Shown here: positions 9,711 through 19,036 of the stretch, piece after piece
Numbering within the stretch: position 1 is the first letter of the stretch
Layout: each line of letters starts with the position of its first letter
Source: an uncultured delta proteobacterium
GTDB lineage: Bacteria > Desulfobacterota > Binatia > Binatales > Binataceae
Length of the DNA stretch: 64,000 nt
Assembly (NCBI GenBank): GCA_963842085.1
Contig: CAWJET010000002.1
Location: forward strand, 288,001 to 352,000
Direction of reading: 5' to 3'
Notes under the pieces: generated by a model
Database searches by the model: none
Seen by the model: only the letters and a program-made list of their open reading frames with translations
What the model was told of the DNA's origin: nothing
Translations under genes and position numbers: made by a program

Positions 9711-10427
9711 TCAGTTGCCCCCGGAGGAACCTTTTTTCGGCTCGCTCAGCAGGGTGTTCCTGATCCAGACGCTGGTCAGACTGTCCGCGTCGGGCGATTT
9801 GAGACCATTATCCTGCGCGATTTGCCGCCAGTTGTCCTCGTTGCCCGTCGCCCGCTTGGCGAGAGCCTTCAAGTCCTCGTTAGGCAGCAGGGCGTAGTTG
9901 ACGCCGCCCTCCTTGGGTGTGCCGCCCGACGGTGGGAATTGCGCGGCCAGTTGATCTATCTTACCGAACAGGTTCAGGCGCGTGGTGGCCTGGTACTTGG
10001 AGATGTCCTGGTCGGGAATGTCCTCGGCGCGGACATTGACGATAACGCGGGAGCTGCGGGCGGTAAGCGGCACGACTTCAATCTCGTAGCGGTATTGCGG
10101 ATGCATACCGACGAGACTGCCGAGAATGCCGGGGCCGGTGTCGGCGTCCTTCCACAGCGTGACGAGCTTGTCGTCGGGCTTGACCTCAAACAGGACGCCC
10201 TCGCCGCGCAGCACATCCTGGGTCAGAACGAAGGTGTCATTCACGGTGTAGGGGACGTCGTGTTGCTGGCCCTCGGCGGCATCGGTGCCGCCGCCTGCGG
10301 CGCGGTTGGCGAAAAATGGAGCGTAGTAGCATCCCGCGCAGAGCAGGATCGAAGAGACGATCGCGATCTTTCGAAATTGCCGGAACACAGCCCGCACCAC
10401 ACTGATCACAACCGCTAAAGAAACCAT
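9711..10427 (-). CDS. Hypothetical lipoprotein with C-terminal LysM-like domain
   Basis: Lipobox LCAG-C; C-terminal Y.LLPNEDLKALAKRATGNEDNWRQIAQDNGLKSPD resembles LysM. Confidence 0.65.
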   Translation of the reverse strand: MVSLAVVISVVRAVFRQFRKIAIVSSILLCAGCYYAPFFANRAAGGGTDAAEGQQHDVPYTVNDTFVLTQDVLRGEGVLFEVKPDDKLVTLWKDADTGPGILGSLVGMHPQYRYEIEVVPLTARSSRVIVNVRAEDIPDQDISKYQATTRLNLFGKIDQLAAQFPPSGGTPKEGGVNYALLPNEDLKALAKRATGNEDNWRQIAQDNGLKSPDADSLTSVWIRNTLLSEPKKGSSGGN

Positions 10428-10535
10428 GACAGTTTCATGCGCGCAAGACGAACCAGCGGGGCTTTCTGCCCCAACGGCATCGCATGGGTCTGAGATTGCG
10501 CGACCGGCCCGCAGACGCTAATCAAATATACCCTC

Positions 10536-11897
10536 ATGGCGGACACAGAAAAGAATTCATCGCGCCACGTGATTGCCGTGGTTGGAGCCGCGACGGCGGG
10601 CTCGGAAATCGCGCGGATCCTGGCGGAGCATGGCGTGCTGGTGATCGTGTTCGAGCAGAATTCGCGTCCTTACGGAAAAATCGAAGACGGCTTGCCGCGA
10701 TGGCACGTCAAGCAGCGCCTGGATGAGTACGAGGAAATCAACAAGCGCCTCGATCATCCGAACGTCGAATACGTGCCGATGACGCGGATGGGGCGCGAGC
10801 TCGATTTCGAAGACCTGCGGACTGCGTGGGGGCTCAGTGCAATCGTGCTGACGCACGGCGCATGGCGGGATCGTCCGTTTCCGGTCGAGGGCGCCGACCA
10901 GTTCATCGATCGCGGCCTCGTCTACCAGAACAAGCTGATCTACTGGTTCAATCACTACCCGCAAAAGAACTACGACGGCCCGCGCTATGAGCTGACTCCG
11001 GGAACCATCGTCGTGGGCGGCGGACTCGCGTCGATCGACGTGGTCAAGGTCCTGCAAATCGAGACGACGCTCGCGGCGCTTACGGCGCGCGGCATCGCCA
11101 GCGACATGCTCGCGCTCGAGCGCGAGGGAATCGAGCCAGTGCTGAATGCGAGCGGGCTGAAGTACGCCGACCTCGGCGTCGCACCCTGCAAGCTGTACTA
11201 TCGCCGCCGCGTGCTCGACATGCCGCTGTCGGACATTCCCGCCGACGCGCCGGCCAAGCGCGCCGACGCGCTCAGGCAGGCGCGCGCGAAGATCCTGGAG
11301 AAGGCGCAGCGCAAGTTCCTATTCGAGTTCCAGGAATTGCGTGCGCCGAGCGGGTTGCTCGTAGAGAACGCCTTGATGGTCGGGGTGAACTTCAGCCGCA
11401 CGGAGGTCGCCGACGGGCAGGTGCGCGTCGTCCAGGCGGGTGTGGAGTCCGCGCGCGCGAAGCTGACGATAAGCTCGATCGGGAGCATCCCGGAACCAAT
11501 TCCCGGCATCCCGCAGAAGGGCGAGGTTTATACTTACGTCGATCAGAAGATCGGCCTGCTGATGGATGGTCCGACCGCGGTGTTTGCGGCCGGCAACGTG
11601 CTGACGGGCAAGGGCAATATCAAGGACTCGCTCGAAAGCGGCACCGAGATTGGAACGCTGGTGGCCGAGGCGTACCTGGGATTGTCGGATGAGAAATTGA
11701 ATATCGCGGAGGGCGCGCGCCAAGCAGCAGCGGCCGCGGGCGAGAAGATTGCGGGCGCAATGAGCGTGCGGCAAAAAATCGCGCCGGATCACGTGGTGAG
11801 ACTGATCGGGCACGTGCACAAACGCCAGCGTGCGGTCGGTTACGACGGCAACTATCGCGCATGGATCGCGAAGGTCACGCCGCCCGACTTGCGCTAG
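10536..11897 (+). CDS. FAD/NAD(P)-dependent oxidoreductase (ferredoxin-NADP reductase/GltD-like, without N-terminal Fe-S domain)
   Basis: IAVVGAATAG and IVVGGGLASIDV Rossmann motifs, YGKIEDGLP, YYRR, VFAAGNVLTGKG. Confidence 0.75.
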   Translation: MADTEKNSSRHVIAVVGAATAGSEIARILAEHGVLVIVFEQNSRPYGKIEDGLPRWHVKQRLDEYEEINKRLDHPNVEYVPMTRMGRELDFEDLRTAWGLSAIVLTHGAWRDRPFPVEGADQFIDRGLVYQNKLIYWFNHYPQKNYDGPRYELTPGTIVVGGGLASIDVVKVLQIETTLAALTARGIASDMLALEREGIEPVLNASGLKYADLGVAPCKLYYRRRVLDMPLSDIPADAPAKRADALRQARAKILEKAQRKFLFEFQELRAPSGLLVENALMVGVNFSRTEVADGQVRVVQAGVESARAKLTISSIGSIPEPIPGIPQKGEVYTYVDQKIGLLMDGPTAVFAAGNVLTGKGNIKDSLESGTEIGTLVAEAYLGLSDEKLNIAEGARQAAAAAGEKIAGAMSVRQKIAPDHVVRLIGHVHKRQRAVGYDGNYRAWIAKVTPPDLR

Positions 11898-12006
11898 AAT
11901 TTTCGCGCGCGGCCCGGCGCCTGCTTCATCCCGACTTCTTCTTCGAGTTTTGCCTCGTTGCGTTCGCGACTATAGGCTCATCGGATGACGGCAAAGGAGG
12001 TGCGGT

Positions 12007-13254
12007 GTGGACGAACTCAAGCGAACTGACCCGGAAATTTATCAGCTCATCAAGGAAGAAGAGCGGTACGAGATCGATTCGGTCCGGCTGATCGCGTCGG
12101 AGAATTACGTTTCCAAGGCCGTGCTGGAGGCGACCGGCTCGATTCTCACCAACAAATATTCCGAAGGCTATCCGGGACGCCGCTACTACGAGGGTCAGCG
12201 CAACATCGATCAGATCGAAGAGCTGGCGGTAGCGCGCGCGCGGGCGCTGTTCAAAGTCGATCACGCAAACGTCCAGCCGTACTCGGGCTCGCCGGCGAAT
12301 CTCGCAGTCTATTTCGGGCTGCTCAAGCCGGGCGACACGATCATGGGCCTGGCGCTGCCGCACGGCGGGCATCTGACGCACGGATGGCCGGTGAGCATCA
12401 CGGGCACTTTCTGGCGTTCCGCGCAGTACGTGGTGGATCGCGAGAGTCACGTCGTGGACTTCGACCAGGTCCGCGCGATGGCGCGCAAGGAGCGGCCGAA
12501 AATCATCGTGACCGGGGGCACGGCGTATCCGCGGCTGTGGGACTTCAAGAGTTTCAGCGAGGTCGCCAAGGAAGTCGGCGCGTTGCTGCTCGCCGACATT
12601 TCGCATGTCGCGGGACTGATCGTTGGCGGCGTGCATCCGGATCCCGCGCCCTACGCCGACGTGATTACGACCACCACCCACAAGACGCTGCGCGGTCCGC
12701 GCGGTGCGATGATCATGTGCCGCAACGAATACGCCGAGGCGATCGACAAGGCAGTTTTTCCCGGCTTGCAGGGCGGTCCGCACAATCATACGACGGCGGC
12801 GATCGCGGTGGCGCTGAAGGAAGCATCGACGCCGGAGTTCAAGACGTACGCAAAAAAAGTAGTGAGCAACGCCAAGACGCTCGCCGACGAATTGCTCGCG
12901 CGCGGATTCAGCCTGGTCTCGGGCGGCACCGACAATCATCTGATCCTGGTCGATTTGACGAACAAGAAAGTGATCGCCAAGAAAGGCGCGAAGGCGCTCG
13001 ACGCGGCCGGCATCGTTTGCAACTACAACACCGTCCCGTACGATCCGCGCAAGCCGTTCAGCCCGAGCGGGCTTCGCCTCGGCACGCCGGCAGTAACCTC
13101 GCGCGGAATGGGTGACGCCGAGATGCGGCAGATCGCGAAGTTCATGGACGAGGCGATCGCGCACGCGGGCGACGAGGCGGCGCTGCGGCGCATCGCAGCC
13201 GCCGTCACCGAGATGTGCCGCAGCTTCCCCGCGCCGGGAATTGCGATCAATTAG
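12007..13254 (+). CDS. glyA: Serine hydroxymethyltransferase
   Basis: LIASENY, NKYSEGYPGRRYY, GGHLTHG, TTTHKTLRGPRG and GLRLGTPAVTSRG; GTG start after GGAGG. Confidence 0.97.
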   Translation: MDELKRTDPEIYQLIKEEERYEIDSVRLIASENYVSKAVLEATGSILTNKYSEGYPGRRYYEGQRNIDQIEELAVARARALFKVDHANVQPYSGSPANLAVYFGLLKPGDTIMGLALPHGGHLTHGWPVSITGTFWRSAQYVVDRESHVVDFDQVRAMARKERPKIIVTGGTAYPRLWDFKSFSEVAKEVGALLLADISHVAGLIVGGVHPDPAPYADVITTTTHKTLRGPRGAMIMCRNEYAEAIDKAVFPGLQGGPHNHTTAAIAVALKEASTPEFKTYAKKVVSNAKTLADELLARGFSLVSGGTDNHLILVDLTNKKVIAKKGAKALDAAGIVCNYNTVPYDPRKPFSPSGLRLGTPAVTSRGMGDAEMRQIAKFMDEAIAHAGDEAALRRIAAAVTEMCRSFPAPGIAIN

Positions 13255-13282
13255 CCGGCAACCTCGAATACGTGTTATCAGT

Positions 13283-13302
13283 GGGTGCAGGGGTCACCCC
13301 TG
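13283..13302. repeat. Repeat family A, partial copy in opposite orientation
   Basis: GGGTGCAGGGGTCACCCC is the reverse complement of the GGTGACCCCTGCACCC core. Confidence 0.6.
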
Positions 13303-13304
13303 TC

Positions 13305-14387
13305 ATGGCAAAAATAAAAGTTGAACGTGGCCTTAATCTTGGGACCCCGTACACGCCTGACATGCAGGATGGCGGGAAACGCCCCGAGCCGACGTGGAGC
13401 ACGATTCGCGACCAGGTGCGCGAGGCCGATGCGCTCGGATACGACACGATTGTCGCGGTGGAAACGCAGCACGACCCGTATCTTGAACTCGCAGTGGCGG
13501 CGCAGGAACCGTCGAAGGTCGAGCTGGCGACCGGGATCGCGCTTGCATTCACCAAGAGTCCGGTCGCGACCGCGTACACCGCCTGGGATTTGCAACGCAT
13601 GAGTGGCGGGCGGCTGGTGCTCGGACTCGGCTCGCAGGTCAAAGGCCACGTGATGCGACGCTTCGGGATGCCGTGGTCGAAGCCCGCGCAGCGGATGAAG
13701 GACTACGTCGGTGCGATGCGCGCGTGCTGGCGCACCTGGCAGACTCGCGAGCCGTTCAACTTTCAGAGCGAGCACTACAATCTCTCGCTGATGACGCCGA
13801 ACTTCGCGCCACCGCCGCAGTCGAATCCGAATATCCCGGTGCTGATCGCCGCGGTGCAGGAGCGGATGCTGCAAGTCGCGGGTGAAGTGTGCGAGGGCGT
13901 GCGACTGCACGGGATCGTCACGCGTAAATATCTCGATCAGATCGCGTTCCCGAATCTGAAGAAGGGCTTCGACAAGTCCGGCAAGCGCGCTGCGGAATGG
14001 AGCAATTTTCAGATTGGCGGCGGCGGCTTTCTATGCGCCGGAAAAGACCGGGACTCGCTCGCGCGTGCGGTCAGCGGAATGAAATCGACGATCGCGTTTT
14101 ACGGCTCGACGCGCTCGTATCGTTCCAGCTTTGAAATAGACGGATGGGGCGACGCGGCCGACCAGTTGCACAAATTATCCGTGCAACAGAAGTGGCCCGA
14201 GATGGCAAAGCTGGTGACCGACGAGATGGTGCACGCGTTCGCGGCGGTCGGAACCTATGACGAGATCGCGGGAGTGATGAAGAAGCGCTTTGCCGGGGTG
14301 AACCGGCTCTCGTTCGACATGCCGGTGAAGAACGATCACGATCGCGGCGTGCTTAAAGAGATCATCCAGGACCTGCGGCGGCAGTAG
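13305..14387 (+). CDS. LLM-class probable F420-dependent oxidoreductase (TIGR03617-like)
   Basis: ETQHDP, TGIALAF.KSP, AWDLQ.MSGGR..LGLGSQVKGH..RRFG, LMTPNF and IAFYGSTRSY. Confidence 0.88.
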   Translation: MAKIKVERGLNLGTPYTPDMQDGGKRPEPTWSTIRDQVREADALGYDTIVAVETQHDPYLELAVAAQEPSKVELATGIALAFTKSPVATAYTAWDLQRMSGGRLVLGLGSQVKGHVMRRFGMPWSKPAQRMKDYVGAMRACWRTWQTREPFNFQSEHYNLSLMTPNFAPPPQSNPNIPVLIAAVQERMLQVAGEVCEGVRLHGIVTRKYLDQIAFPNLKKGFDKSGKRAAEWSNFQIGGGGFLCAGKDRDSLARAVSGMKSTIAFYGSTRSYRSSFEIDGWGDAADQLHKLSVQQKWPEMAKLVTDEMVHAFAAVGTYDEIAGVMKKRFAGVNRLSFDMPVKNDHDRGVLKEIIQDLRRQ

Positions 14388-14393
14388 CCGAGT

Positions 14394-15095
14394 TCATGCG
14401 AGCGGCGGGTTGATGTCGGACCAGAGGCGGCGCATCAACTCGATATGAGTCTCGACGGCCCATAGCGTCTCGGCCGCGGCGCTCTCGGGTATCGCGCGGA
14501 AGATCGAACCGGCGCTCGAGTCGCCGTGATCCTTGTCAACCTTGACGTGAACGCTGAAGAACAGCAGCGCGTCGTCGGAGAGCTGGTAGTGGCGGCGGAG
14601 TCCGTCGATCACGCGGACGTAGGCGTCGGGGTTGAAAAGCTCGGAGCCGAGGCTGATCCCGGCGAGCGTGACGTACCACGGTTTCGACTCGGCCAGCCAG
14701 TACATCCAATGCATCATCGCGGTCGCGTCGGCGGTCATGCGGGCGTTCAGCAATTGTGCGCGCGAGATTCCGATCGCCTCGCCGAATTCGAGGTAGAGTT
14801 CGGGATGCGATCGATTGGCGCCGGAGACGCGGCCGAGTTCCTCTTCGATTAGATTTTCGACGATCGCTTTGCGCGCTGGGAAATCGTCGCATTTCGCATA
14901 GATGAGGCCGAGGATGTTGGCGTTGTGCGCCTTGTTACCGATGAAGAGTTGCGTTGCCCAATGGCGAAGCTGGGGCATCGACAATTCGCCGCGCTCAATC
15001 TTCTCGATGGTCGGGTGCGAGCGCAGCGTGCGATTGTTGCGCTCGAGTTTTTCGATCAAGGTTTTCAGCTGGCGCGTTCCTTTTTCGACATCCAT
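14394..15095 (-). CDS. Heme-oxygenase-like diiron (HDO) enzyme, TenA/PqqC/CADD-like
   Basis: HP N-terminal motif, ENLIEEE...SH, SE and FFSVH-x3-D-x2-H ligand pattern as in CADD/PqqC-like proteins. Confidence 0.8.
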   Translation of the reverse strand: MDVEKGTRQLKTLIEKLERNNRTLRSHPTIEKIERGELSMPQLRHWATQLFIGNKAHNANILGLIYAKCDDFPARKAIVENLIEEELGRVSGANRSHPELYLEFGEAIGISRAQLLNARMTADATAMMHWMYWLAESKPWYVTLAGISLGSELFNPDAYVRVIDGLRRHYQLSDDALLFFSVHVKVDKDHGDSSAGSIFRAIPESAAAETLWAVETHIELMRRLWSDINPPLA

Positions 15096-15097
15096 GA

Positions 15098-16762
15098 TCA
15101 AGTTCCTCGTGGCGCGGCCGGTCCGGAAGCCAACGGGACGCGTTCAGCGGCGAGTTTGCCGGCAATCTCGCGGCGCAGCTCCGCTTTCCTGATCTTGCCG
15201 ACGTTGGTAAGCGGCAGTTCGCGCAGGATTTCGATTCGTTCGGGCCATTTGAATTGCGAGACGCCGCGGGCCGCAAGAAATTCGCGCACCGCGGAGAGCG
15301 CCAGAGTCTCTCCATCACGCAGAGATAAGTAGGCGCACACCTTTTCACCGAGAACGGGATCGGGCATTGCCACTACCGCGGCCACGCTGACCGCAGGATG
15401 CGCGATCAAGTGCGCTTCGATTTCCTCGGCGTTGATCTTCTCGCCGCCGCGATTGATCAGGTCCTTGATTCTTCCCTCGACGACGAGATTTCCGGACGGA
15501 CCGAGCCGCACCAGGTCACCAGTGCGGTAGAATCCGTCGGGAGTAAACGCCTCGCGGTTGCGTTCCGGCGCGCGGAAGTAGCCACGAATCGTGTACGGGC
15601 CGCGGCACCATAATTCGCCGACCGCACCGGTCGCCACCTCTGTTCCGTCAGTATCGACGATCCGGATCTCGTCGGCCGGTGAAAGTGGGCGGCCTTGTGT
15701 CGTGAATGCGACGTCGTCGCGTTCGTCCAGGCGCGTGTAGCACAACAATCCTTCAGACATGCCGAGCACCTGCTGTACGACGAGATGCGGGAAGGCGCTC
15801 TTGAGAGCGCGTGCGGCCGGCTCCTGGAGCCGTTGACCGCCAACCGTGATGACGCGCAGCGAGGCAAAACTGGCGCGTGAAGAGTGCGGGAGATCGAGGA
15901 TTGCGATTGCAACCGCCGGAACGCATGGCAGGTGAGTAATCCGTTCACGCTCGATTATGCTCGCGAGCTCCTCGGCCTTGGTGGATTGACTGAAGAACGT
16001 GCGCCCGCCGGTGAGCAGCGCGCCGAGCAATCCGGGGCATGCCAGGGGAAAGTTGTGCTCGGCGGGAAGCGCAATCAGGATGCGCGATTCGGATGTGAGG
16101 CCCGATGCGGCGGCGGACTCGCGCGCGTTATACAAATAATCCGCGTGAGTGCGCGGTATGAGCTTCGGCATTCCGGTGGTACCGCCGGAAAGCAGGAACA
16201 ATGCAACGTCGAATGGATCGCCGGCCGATGAACCAATGGCGCGCGACGAACCGTCATCCGCACGCAGCCGGACGCATCCATCAGCCGGAGCCGTCGAAAG
16301 AATGGACTTCAGAACCGGTAACCGACTTTTGAGTTCGCGCGCGAGCGCGACGTGATCGAAGCCGCGATACTCGGGTGCGATCGCGATCGCCTTGGCGTCC
16401 GAGAACGACACCAGATACTCGAGTTCGGCTCTGCGAAAGGCCGGCAGCGCCATCACGGGAAGCGCGCCGATTTCAAGACATGCGATAGTCAACGCCGCGA
16501 ATTCGATGCCATTTGGTAGTTGAATAACGACGCGATCGTTGCGCGCGATTCCGCAGCTGGAAAGGAGGGCCGCGAGCCGTCCCGCTTCACCGAGAAGTTG
16601 CGAGTAGGTGAGACTTCCAGTCGCGTCGCCGACTGCGGTTGAGTCGGGGCGCTCGCACGCAGTCCTGGCGATAGCCTGGGGGATGGTTTCGCCGCGCCAG
16701 ACTCCCGCGCGAACGTATCGCTCGGCAAAGTCTGCGGGGAATGGTGTACATCCTTCGAGCAT
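15098..16762 (-). CDS. Aryl-acid adenylating enzyme (DhbE/EntE-like 2,3-dihydroxybenzoate-AMP ligase family)
   Basis: LSGGTTGMPKLIPRTH.DY.YN, HNFPLACPG, QQVLGMSEGL, RGPYTIRGY, DLINRGGEKI and VGKI.K. Confidence 0.88.
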   Translation of the reverse strand: MLEGCTPFPADFAERYVRAGVWRGETIPQAIARTACERPDSTAVGDATGSLTYSQLLGEAGRLAALLSSCGIARNDRVVIQLPNGIEFAALTIACLEIGALPVMALPAFRRAELEYLVSFSDAKAIAIAPEYRGFDHVALARELKSRLPVLKSILSTAPADGCVRLRADDGSSRAIGSSAGDPFDVALFLLSGGTTGMPKLIPRTHADYLYNARESAAASGLTSESRILIALPAEHNFPLACPGLLGALLTGGRTFFSQSTKAEELASIIERERITHLPCVPAVAIAILDLPHSSRASFASLRVITVGGQRLQEPAARALKSAFPHLVVQQVLGMSEGLLCYTRLDERDDVAFTTQGRPLSPADEIRIVDTDGTEVATGAVGELWCRGPYTIRGYFRAPERNREAFTPDGFYRTGDLVRLGPSGNLVVEGRIKDLINRGGEKINAEEIEAHLIAHPAVSVAAVVAMPDPVLGEKVCAYLSLRDGETLALSAVREFLAARGVSQFKWPERIEILRELPLTNVGKIRKAELRREIAGKLAAERVPLASGPAAPRGT

Positions 16763-16789
16763 TGTCGTGGTGCGGCGGCGTCCGTCGGC

Positions 16790-17452
16790 TCAGCGGACCG
16801 TCAGAGTCCCCGCAATCATGCGGAAACATTCGTCCATTATGCGGCCGCGCTGCTCGTAATCGCGCGCCGGCTCGTACCAGGTATAAAACCAGTTCATCGC
16901 ACCGAACAGCAGCGAAGTGAGGATTCGCGCCTGCTCGCGGTCCAGGGTCTTGTTGCGATGCGCGGCGTAGCCTTCGAGCAATCGGCGGCAGATACGGGAG
17001 TACTCGCGCTTGAGCCGCGTGATGTCGGCGGCGTAGCGGCCGGTCAGCGAGTCAGCCTCGCGCACCAGTACCTTCATCTCGGCGAGATTGCCCATGTGGT
17101 ATTCGAGATGACTTCGGATGAAGAGCCGCAGGCGCTCTTCGGGATCGTCGGTCTCCGACATTCGCGATTCCGCGAGCGAGACCAGCTGTTCGAACGCGCG
17201 CCGCGAGATGAGGTAGAGCAGCTCTTCCTTGTTGCGGAGGTAGTAGTAGATGCGTGGAAAGGAAATTCGTGCGCGCGCGGCGATGTCGCGAATGGACGCG
17301 AGGCCGAAACTCTTCTCGGCAAAGACGGCGGCAGCGGAGCGTAAAATGTGATCGATGTTTGCATCGTAGCGCTCGTCGGGCGCCATCGCGCGCGCGGCCG
17401 GCTTGATTCGCGCGACCCGCCGAGGCGCTCCATCGAGATTCGACTTCTTCAA
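16790..17452 (-). CDS. TetR/AcrR family transcriptional regulator (KstR2-like C-terminus)
   Basis: HTH SIRDIAARA..S...IYYY..NKEELL; C-terminal GAMNWFYTWY; TTG start after GAGGTG. Confidence 0.9.
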   Translation of the reverse strand: MKKSNLDGAPRRVARIKPAARAMAPDERYDANIDHILRSAAAVFAEKSFGLASIRDIAARARISFPRIYYYLRNKEELLYLISRRAFEQLVSLAESRMSETDDPEERLRLFIRSHLEYHMGNLAEMKVLVREADSLTGRYAADITRLKREYSRICRRLLEGYAAHRNKTLDREQARILTSLLFGAMNWFYTWYEPARDYEQRGRIMDECFRMIAGTLTVR

Positions 17453-17461
17453 TTCATCACC

Positions 17462-18202
17462 TCAACTGAAACGGCGGCCAGCCGCCGGATCGGGAATGGG
17501 AATCTCGAGCTTGGTCAGCAGATTGTTGACCTCGGCGGTGAATTCATCGCGCATCTGCCCGTTGCTGCGGCGTCGCAGGCCCCATCGAACATAATCGAAC
17601 TGCCGCCTGGATCCCGATTTTCCGAACATATCGAGCCCCGCGGGGTACCACTTTGCCAGATGCTTGATCAACAGGTCGCGTCCGCGATCACCCTCACGCT
17701 GCAGGTACCTCCGGATCAGCCGATAGCCGAAGGCCGCATGGCCGAGCTCCTCTTTATGCACGCGCTCTGCGATTCGCGCGAGCGGCTCGTAGCTGCACCC
17801 GACCCACTCGTATCCCATATAGGCCCCTTGCCGGTCGGCGAAGAAACTGAAGAGGCCATATTCGAGCCAGTCCACGGCTTCGTCGCGCATTTCGAAAATG
17901 TAGATCGGCATTGGCGACGCCATGAACTTGCTGTCAACCTGGACGCCGAGATCGTCGAGCAGCTTCATCCAATAGCTCGCGTGGCGAACTTCGTCGGACC
18001 AGAACGCCGCGTACTCGGCCTTGTCCTCAGCGGTAGGCGCCAGCGCGAGCGGCTTCAGGAGCGTGCGTTCAGGAGCGAGCATGTATTCGGACTCGATGCG
18101 CGATTGGATCGACAGCATCCGGATTAGAAGATCCCGGTACTCGGCGGGAAGGCCGTCAGGTCCCGGGAAGTGGAGCTCGCTCGCGGGTGATGTGTTGCTC
18201 AT
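17462..18202 (-). CDS. PaaA/PaaC/BoxB-family ferritin-like diiron protein (acyl-CoA oxygenase/epoxidase subunit-like)
   Basis: APT..DK....DEVRH, W....F..DRQG, CSYEPLARI...EELGH, W.P..LDMFG, WGLRRRSN..MR. Confidence 0.85.
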   Translation of the reverse strand: MSNTSPASELHFPGPDGLPAEYRDLLIRMLSIQSRIESEYMLAPERTLLKPLALAPTAEDKAEYAAFWSDEVRHASYWMKLLDDLGVQVDSKFMASPMPIYIFEMRDEAVDWLEYGLFSFFADRQGAYMGYEWVGCSYEPLARIAERVHKEELGHAAFGYRLIRRYLQREGDRGRDLLIKHLAKWYPAGLDMFGKSGSRRQFDYVRWGLRRRSNGQMRDEFTAEVNNLLTKLEIPIPDPAAGRRFS

Positions 18203-18268
18203 TCGATTGTTCCGGTCCTGTCCTGGTGTTCTGAACGATAGTTCAGATACCATCGCGACCACCGGCGG

Positions 18269-19027
18269 TCAACCCGCCATGGTCAGGCCGCCGCTCACGC
18301 TGAGCACCTGGCCGGTGACAAAGTCGGAATCGGAACTCGCGAAGAATGCGACGGCGCCCGCCACGTCGGCCGGTTGCCCGAGGCGGCGAAAAGGGATGCC
18401 ACGCGCCATCGCTTCGAGAACTTTCTCGCGTCCCGCCATCGCGCTCTTGAGCAGCGCGGTGTCGGTTGGTCCGGGGCACACGACGTTGACGTTGATGTGG
18501 TTTGCCGCCAGCTCGCGCGCCAGCGTTTTCGAGAAACCGATGATAGCGGCTTTGCATCCCGCGTAGACCGCTTCGCCGCTCGAGCCAACGCGCGCGGCAT
18601 CGGAAGAGATCGAGATGATTTTGCCGGTACCGCGCGATTGCATCCGGGGCGCAATGGCTTTGCAGCAGTTGAGCATGCCGCGATAGTTGATCGCGATTAC
18701 TTTGTCCCAGAAGTCGGGAGTGCTCTCGACAAATGGCATAACGATGTCCCATCCGGCATTGTTCACCAGGATGTCGATTGGCCCGAGTTCGCGCTCGACG
18801 CGATCAGCCGCCGCGATTGCATCGTCAATTCTGGTGACGTCAAGCGCGACCGCGATCGCGGATTTACCGTGGCCGCGAATTTCCGCCGCTGCGCGCTCGG
18901 CGGAATCGTGCTGGATATCTGCCATCGCCACCTTGGCGCCCTCGTCGGCCAGGCGCGACGCGATCGCGCACCCGATTCCCTGGGCGGCGCCGGTCACGAT
19001 TGCGACTTTTCCGGTCAGGCGGGACAT
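18269..19027 (-). CDS. SDR oxidoreductase (2-hydroxycyclohexanecarboxyl-CoA dehydrogenase BadH-like)
   Basis: TGAAQGIG, NNAGWD, SSDAARVGSSGEAVYAGCK, CPGPTDT, SVSGGLTM. Confidence 0.88.
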   Translation of the reverse strand: MSRLTGKVAIVTGAAQGIGCAIASRLADEGAKVAMADIQHDSAERAAAEIRGHGKSAIAVALDVTRIDDAIAAADRVERELGPIDILVNNAGWDIVMPFVESTPDFWDKVIAINYRGMLNCCKAIAPRMQSRGTGKIISISSDAARVGSSGEAVYAGCKAAIIGFSKTLARELAANHINVNVVCPGPTDTALLKSAMAGREKVLEAMARGIPFRRLGQPADVAGAVAFFASSDSDFVTGQVLSVSGGLTMAG

Positions 19028-19036
19028 GGCGATCCT

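Noticed and set aside
14394-15095. PQQ biosynthesis (pqqC)
   Set aside because: No pqqA, B, D or E in the window; the ligand set fits a metal-binding HDO better
15098-16762. Catecholate siderophore cluster
   Set aside because: No isochorismate synthase, isochorismatase/aryl carrier protein, NRPS, TonB receptor or Fur box recognised nearby
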